From NCBI GenBank assembly GCA_963675595.2, contig CAXXLZ010000001.1, positions 32,001-96,000 of the forward strand: a stretch of 64,000 nucleotides of DNA, in the 5' to 3' direction. The DNA is from Thermodesulfobacteriota bacterium. Lineage in GTDB: Bacteria; Desulfobacterota; Desulfarculia; JACQYL01. Each line of letters begins with the position of its first letter. The stretch's first letter is position 1. Below the pieces are notes generated by a model. The model was not told the origin of the DNA, did no database searches, and saw only the letters and a program-made list of their open reading frames with translations. This document shows positions 60,967 to 64,000 of this stretch, one piece after another. A program made the position numbers and the translations under genes.

Positions 60967-63900
60967 TCATGAACGCGCTTTTGGGACGGCGCTTCGAAAA
61001 AGGGACACGTTCTTGTGGTCCGCCGATACGTCGAAGAGCGATCGAAGGACCCCTAAATAGGGGCTCAGCGCGGCCGGTTCTCCGTTGATGGTTTCAACGC
61101 GAATGTTTCGCAACGGCCGCACGGAACGCGTGAGCAGGTGTTCAAGGAAACCGGCGATCTCCGGTAGTCGGGGATCGTTGCAGGGAACGAAGAATTCAAG
61201 GACCGAACCGTTGCGTCGGGACACGCCGACCAGGTCCGTTCCGCAATACGCCAGGTGGTTCGAAGGCAATCTCTTGGCGCCCGACGACTTGCCGTGTCCA
61301 ATCGGGATTCCGCACAATGAGGCGGGATCGGCGGCATTGAACCAGAACACCCGTTCTTCGGGAATCCCTTTGACAAGGGCGCGGAACGCCTCATGGGAAA
61401 TGAACTGCGGACCGGGGATTTCCTGGAAGAACAGTCCCGACAACACTTCCCCGGATAATTCCATGAGGCGGAGGGTCCGGAAGAGGGCGTTCCAGCGCAA
61501 GGCCGGGACTTCATTGTCCAGGATCTGCCGGAACAGGATGCCGTAGCGGTCCAACAAGGTGCGCACCCGGTCCTTGTTTCGTTCCTCAGACGCGATCAGC
61601 CCCGTGGCCGTCTCGGCTCGAGGCAGCCGGTACCAGCTCCCCGGAAAGGGCGGTGCGTTTCTCAGCCGGGAGTAAATCCCGCGCCGTGACCGGCGTCTCG
61701 CCGCCGTTGTCGTTTGGCCCGCCTGCGGCGACGCAGGTATCTTGAAATTGGTTTCAATGCCTTTACGCAGGGCCGCAAACGTATCATTGGTGACTCTGCC
61801 GGACCAGACCGCCTTCCAGAGCTTCCGTGATCCCGTTTCGTCGTTCTTCAGCAAAGTGAGAAAATCATATCTGCCGTTAGGGTCCGGGAAAAGGCGGGAA
61901 AGGTCGTCCTTCCCTTCCTGGTCGGAAGCCGGCGCCGCATCCGTTTCCTCGTCTCCAGAGACCGGCCGCTTATTTTCTTCATCGAGCAACTCCATATCCG
62001 GTGAGAAGCAGAAGAGCACTCGTCGCTTCGGACGGCCGATCCAGTGAAGGACGGTTTGCTGAAATGCCTGATCCAGCATGAAAGGCCTATAGTCCGGAAT
62101 ACGCGCGGGAAGCACCTCCGTTTCCCACAAGTCCGCAGCCAGGGGAACGGCTTCGAGCTGTTCAATCGTTCGAAGCAAGGCTTCTTCGGCATTCGTATCG
62201 GAAACCGTCAGACCCTGGTGATGCGCCAGGAACGGTTGAAGAAGGCGGGATTCAAGGGGTTCGAATGCCGGAACGGACTCCGCCCGACCGAGTCGCAACA
62301 GGATTTCGAAGTTTTCCCCGTCGCAGATGAAATCATCGTCGGAATCGTCCAGCAGTCTCCCGCGAATCCATCTCTTCGAATCCACCAGATCATCTATGAC
62401 CGAAGCGCCCCAATCGGGGTCGATCCCGAGGGTCTCTTCGAGGAAGGTCGGAGGCTTTGGCCCGTAAAAGGACGCCCATTCCGCCGCAAGGGTTTCGCCG
62501 TGATTTTCGGAACCCTCCGGAACGGATTCGCGTCGAGGGAGACCAAGGGAGGCGGAGGAAGACTCAGGGCTGAACGGTTCGGAAATCAAGCCGTCATCGT
62601 CCGGGTACAAATATTGGGAAATCTCTCGGAAACTTTCCCGGGCGATGATCAACGGTTTTCCGGACCTGGATGGGACGAGTCTCACGAGTTTGCGCTCAAT
62701 CGGTTCGGTTAGGGTGCGGCTCGGCACTTCGTGGTCTCGTTCCGCTGCTTGGAGAAGCCGATTCCATTCGGGCAAAGGGATGAGAATTCTTTCTTTGACC
62801 CAGTCCAGCAGTTCCTCGGGACCGTCCGGGGGGTAACCCGAGGCCGTTCTCATGCGTTTGTCCTCGAACCGCCGGACCAATTCGGCGGAAACACGCGGGC
62901 GCAGGGCGTCGTCGAACACCGCCTCCCGGATAAGGTCGTCCCGAAGTCGGGAGGACCGGGCGGAAGCGGGCTCATCTCCCATGTACATGTATTGGTTCAC
63001 CAAACGCCAAGTCACACTGTGAGCCATGGGGCTGGGACCATTCAATCGGACATGGGACCAGGAAACGGCTCCCGACTCGATCTCCGCCAGGACTTGCTTC
63101 AGGCTTTCCAGGTCGAACTCGTCTTTGAGGCAGGTTCTCCAGGCCTCGAGCACCATGGGGAAATCTTCATAGCGGCCTACCGCATCCAGGAGTTTTCGGG
63201 CTCTGAGACGGTTCATCCACAGCGGTGTGCGCTCCTTGAACCTACCCTTGGGCAGAAGCAGAGCCCTCCCCGCGCACTCCCGGAACCTGGCGCCGAAAAA
63301 ACCCGAGCCCTCCAGGCGGGAGGCGAGCAGGCGTTCGACGGACGCCGATGTGACCATGGAAAGGAGCTCTTCCGGAGGTTCGTCGTGCGGGGACATGAGC
63401 ACGACGCAGTCGTTGCCGGTGAAGACCTCGACGTGCCGCCCGAAGGCCTCCTCCCAGGCGGCTTCGAGCGCCAGGGTAAAGGGCAGGTTGAGGCGTCCTC
63501 CCCAGAAGGTGTGGATTACGATCTGATTGCCGGAGCCCGTGCCCGCACCTTTTCTTATGGTCTCCACGAGAACGTGATGCCGGTGCGGAAGGGCGGTTCC
63601 GGTGGCTTCCTTCTGCTTTTTCAAATAATCGATGAGACGGTCGGCTGCGGCGGGTTCCATGCAGCACTCCCCTTCCAGGTGACGCCGAAAATCGGGGTCC
63701 CTCAAACGGCCGTCGGCGTCTTCCAGAAAGCACGCGATCTTGTCCGAAAAGTGAAAGTCCCTGTGGTATTCTTCTCCCCGCCAGAACGGGGCGGCCATGG
63801 CATTGGGATGTCCGGGAGCCACCAGCACGTCGTTGTGCGTGATCTTTTCGACGCGCCAATTCTGCGCTCCCAAGGTAAAGGTCTGCCCGACCCGTGTTTC

Positions 63901-64000
63901 CCACACGAATTCTTCGTCCAGTTCGCCGATACGGGTGTTGGGGCCCAACAGGCGGAGGTGGAAGTACCCCCGGTCCGGAATGGTGCCTCCCGAGCCGTAG
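60967..64000 (-). CDS. lhr: Lhr-family ATP-dependent helicase, 3' part (continues beyond the window)
   Basis: The frame is open to the window edge (GGTIPDRG), then IGELDEEFVWE, PFWRGE, FRECAGRALLLP, LLDRYGIL, AADPA. Confidence 0.9.
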   Translation of the reverse strand, partial: YGSGGTIPDRGYFHLRLLGPNTRIGELDEEFVWETRVGQTFTLGAQNWRVEKITHNDVLVAPGHPNAMAAPFWRGEEYHRDFHFSDKIACFLEDADGRLRDPDFRRHLEGECCMEPAAADRLIDYLKKQKEATGTALPHRHHVLVETIRKGAGTGSGNQIVIHTFWGGRLNLPFTLALEAAWEEAFGRHVEVFTGNDCVVLMSPHDEPPEELLSMVTSASVERLLASRLEGSGFFGARFRECAGRALLLPKGRFKERTPLWMNRLRARKLLDAVGRYEDFPMVLEAWRTCLKDEFDLESLKQVLAEIESGAVSWSHVRLNGPSPMAHSVTWRLVNQYMYMGDEPASARSSRLRDDLIREAVFDDALRPRVSAELVRRFEDKRMRTASGYPPDGPEELLDWVKERILIPLPEWNRLLQAAERDHEVPSRTLTEPIERKLVRLVPSRSGKPLIIARESFREISQYLYPDDDGLISEPFSPESSSASLGLPRRESVPEGSENHGETLAAEWASFYGPKPPTFLEETLGIDPDWGASVIDDLVDSKRWIRGRLLDDSDDDFICDGENFEILLRLGRAESVPAFEPLESRLLQPFLAHHQGLTVSDTNAEEALLRTIEQLEAVPLAADLWETEVLPARIPDYRPFMLDQAFQQTVLHWIGRPKRRVLFCFSPDMELLDEENKRPVSGDEETDAAPASDQEGKDDLSRLFPDPNGRYDFLTLLKNDETGSRKLWKAVWSGRVTNDTFAALRKGIETNFKIPASPQAGQTTTAARRRSRRGIYSRLRNAPPFPGSWYRLPRAETATGLIASEERNKDRVRTLLDRYGILFRQILDNEVPALRWNALFRTLRLMELSGEVLSGLFFQEIPGPQFISHEAFRALVKGIPEERVFWFNAADPASLCGIPIGHGKSSGAKRLPSNHLAYCGTDLVGVSRRNGSVLEFFVPCNDPRLPEIAGFLEHLLTRSVRPLRNIRVETINGEPAALSPYLGVLRSLFDVSADHKNVSLFRSAVPKARS

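Noticed and set aside
832-63904. Many long alternative or antisense ORFs (e.g. 832-1713, 16588-17598, 18650-20083, 47027-48220)
   Set aside because: Shadow ORFs of well-supported genes in GC-rich DNA, with no recognisable motifs.
60967-64000. Lhr as part of an anti-phage defence island
   Set aside because: Neighbours are housekeeping-type genes (YgiQ, ferritin-like) and the upstream context lies outside the window.

Overview
A GC-rich bacterial window. Gene content and repeats point to an anaerobic Desulfobacterota (delta-proteobacterium), but that assignment is inference. In order it contains: a soluble MCP-Cache chemoreceptor with a sigma54 promoter; an internally deleted RAYT transposase; a leaderless MarR gene with a twin palindromic operator heading an MMPL/RND, LolA-like, outer-membrane barrel and methyltransferase operon, whose last gene is split by an IS3-family element with a CCTT target duplication; XRE-cupin and DUF3786 genes; a minus-strand operon of a TonB-dependent receptor plus divergent CcsA- and ResB-like genes under two identical 18-bp palindromes resembling ModE boxes; about 22 kb of signalling genes (four histidine kinases, an NtrC-type activator, an MCP, a PAS protein); a 2-hydroxyacid / 2-hydroxyacyl-CoA dehydratase / CoA ligase / thiolase cluster; a CLC channel; a GldAFG-DUF4340 ABC operon; radical SAM genes; a ferritin-like gene; YgiQ; and the 3' part of Lhr. 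The best candidate for an undescribed system is the TBDR + CcsBA-like operon (13821-17859). Two dispersed repeat families (REP-like and MITE-like) recur. Several single-base frameshifts look like sequencing errors. No rRNA, tRNA or CRISPR array was recognised. All family calls come from motif recognition by eye, with no database search.
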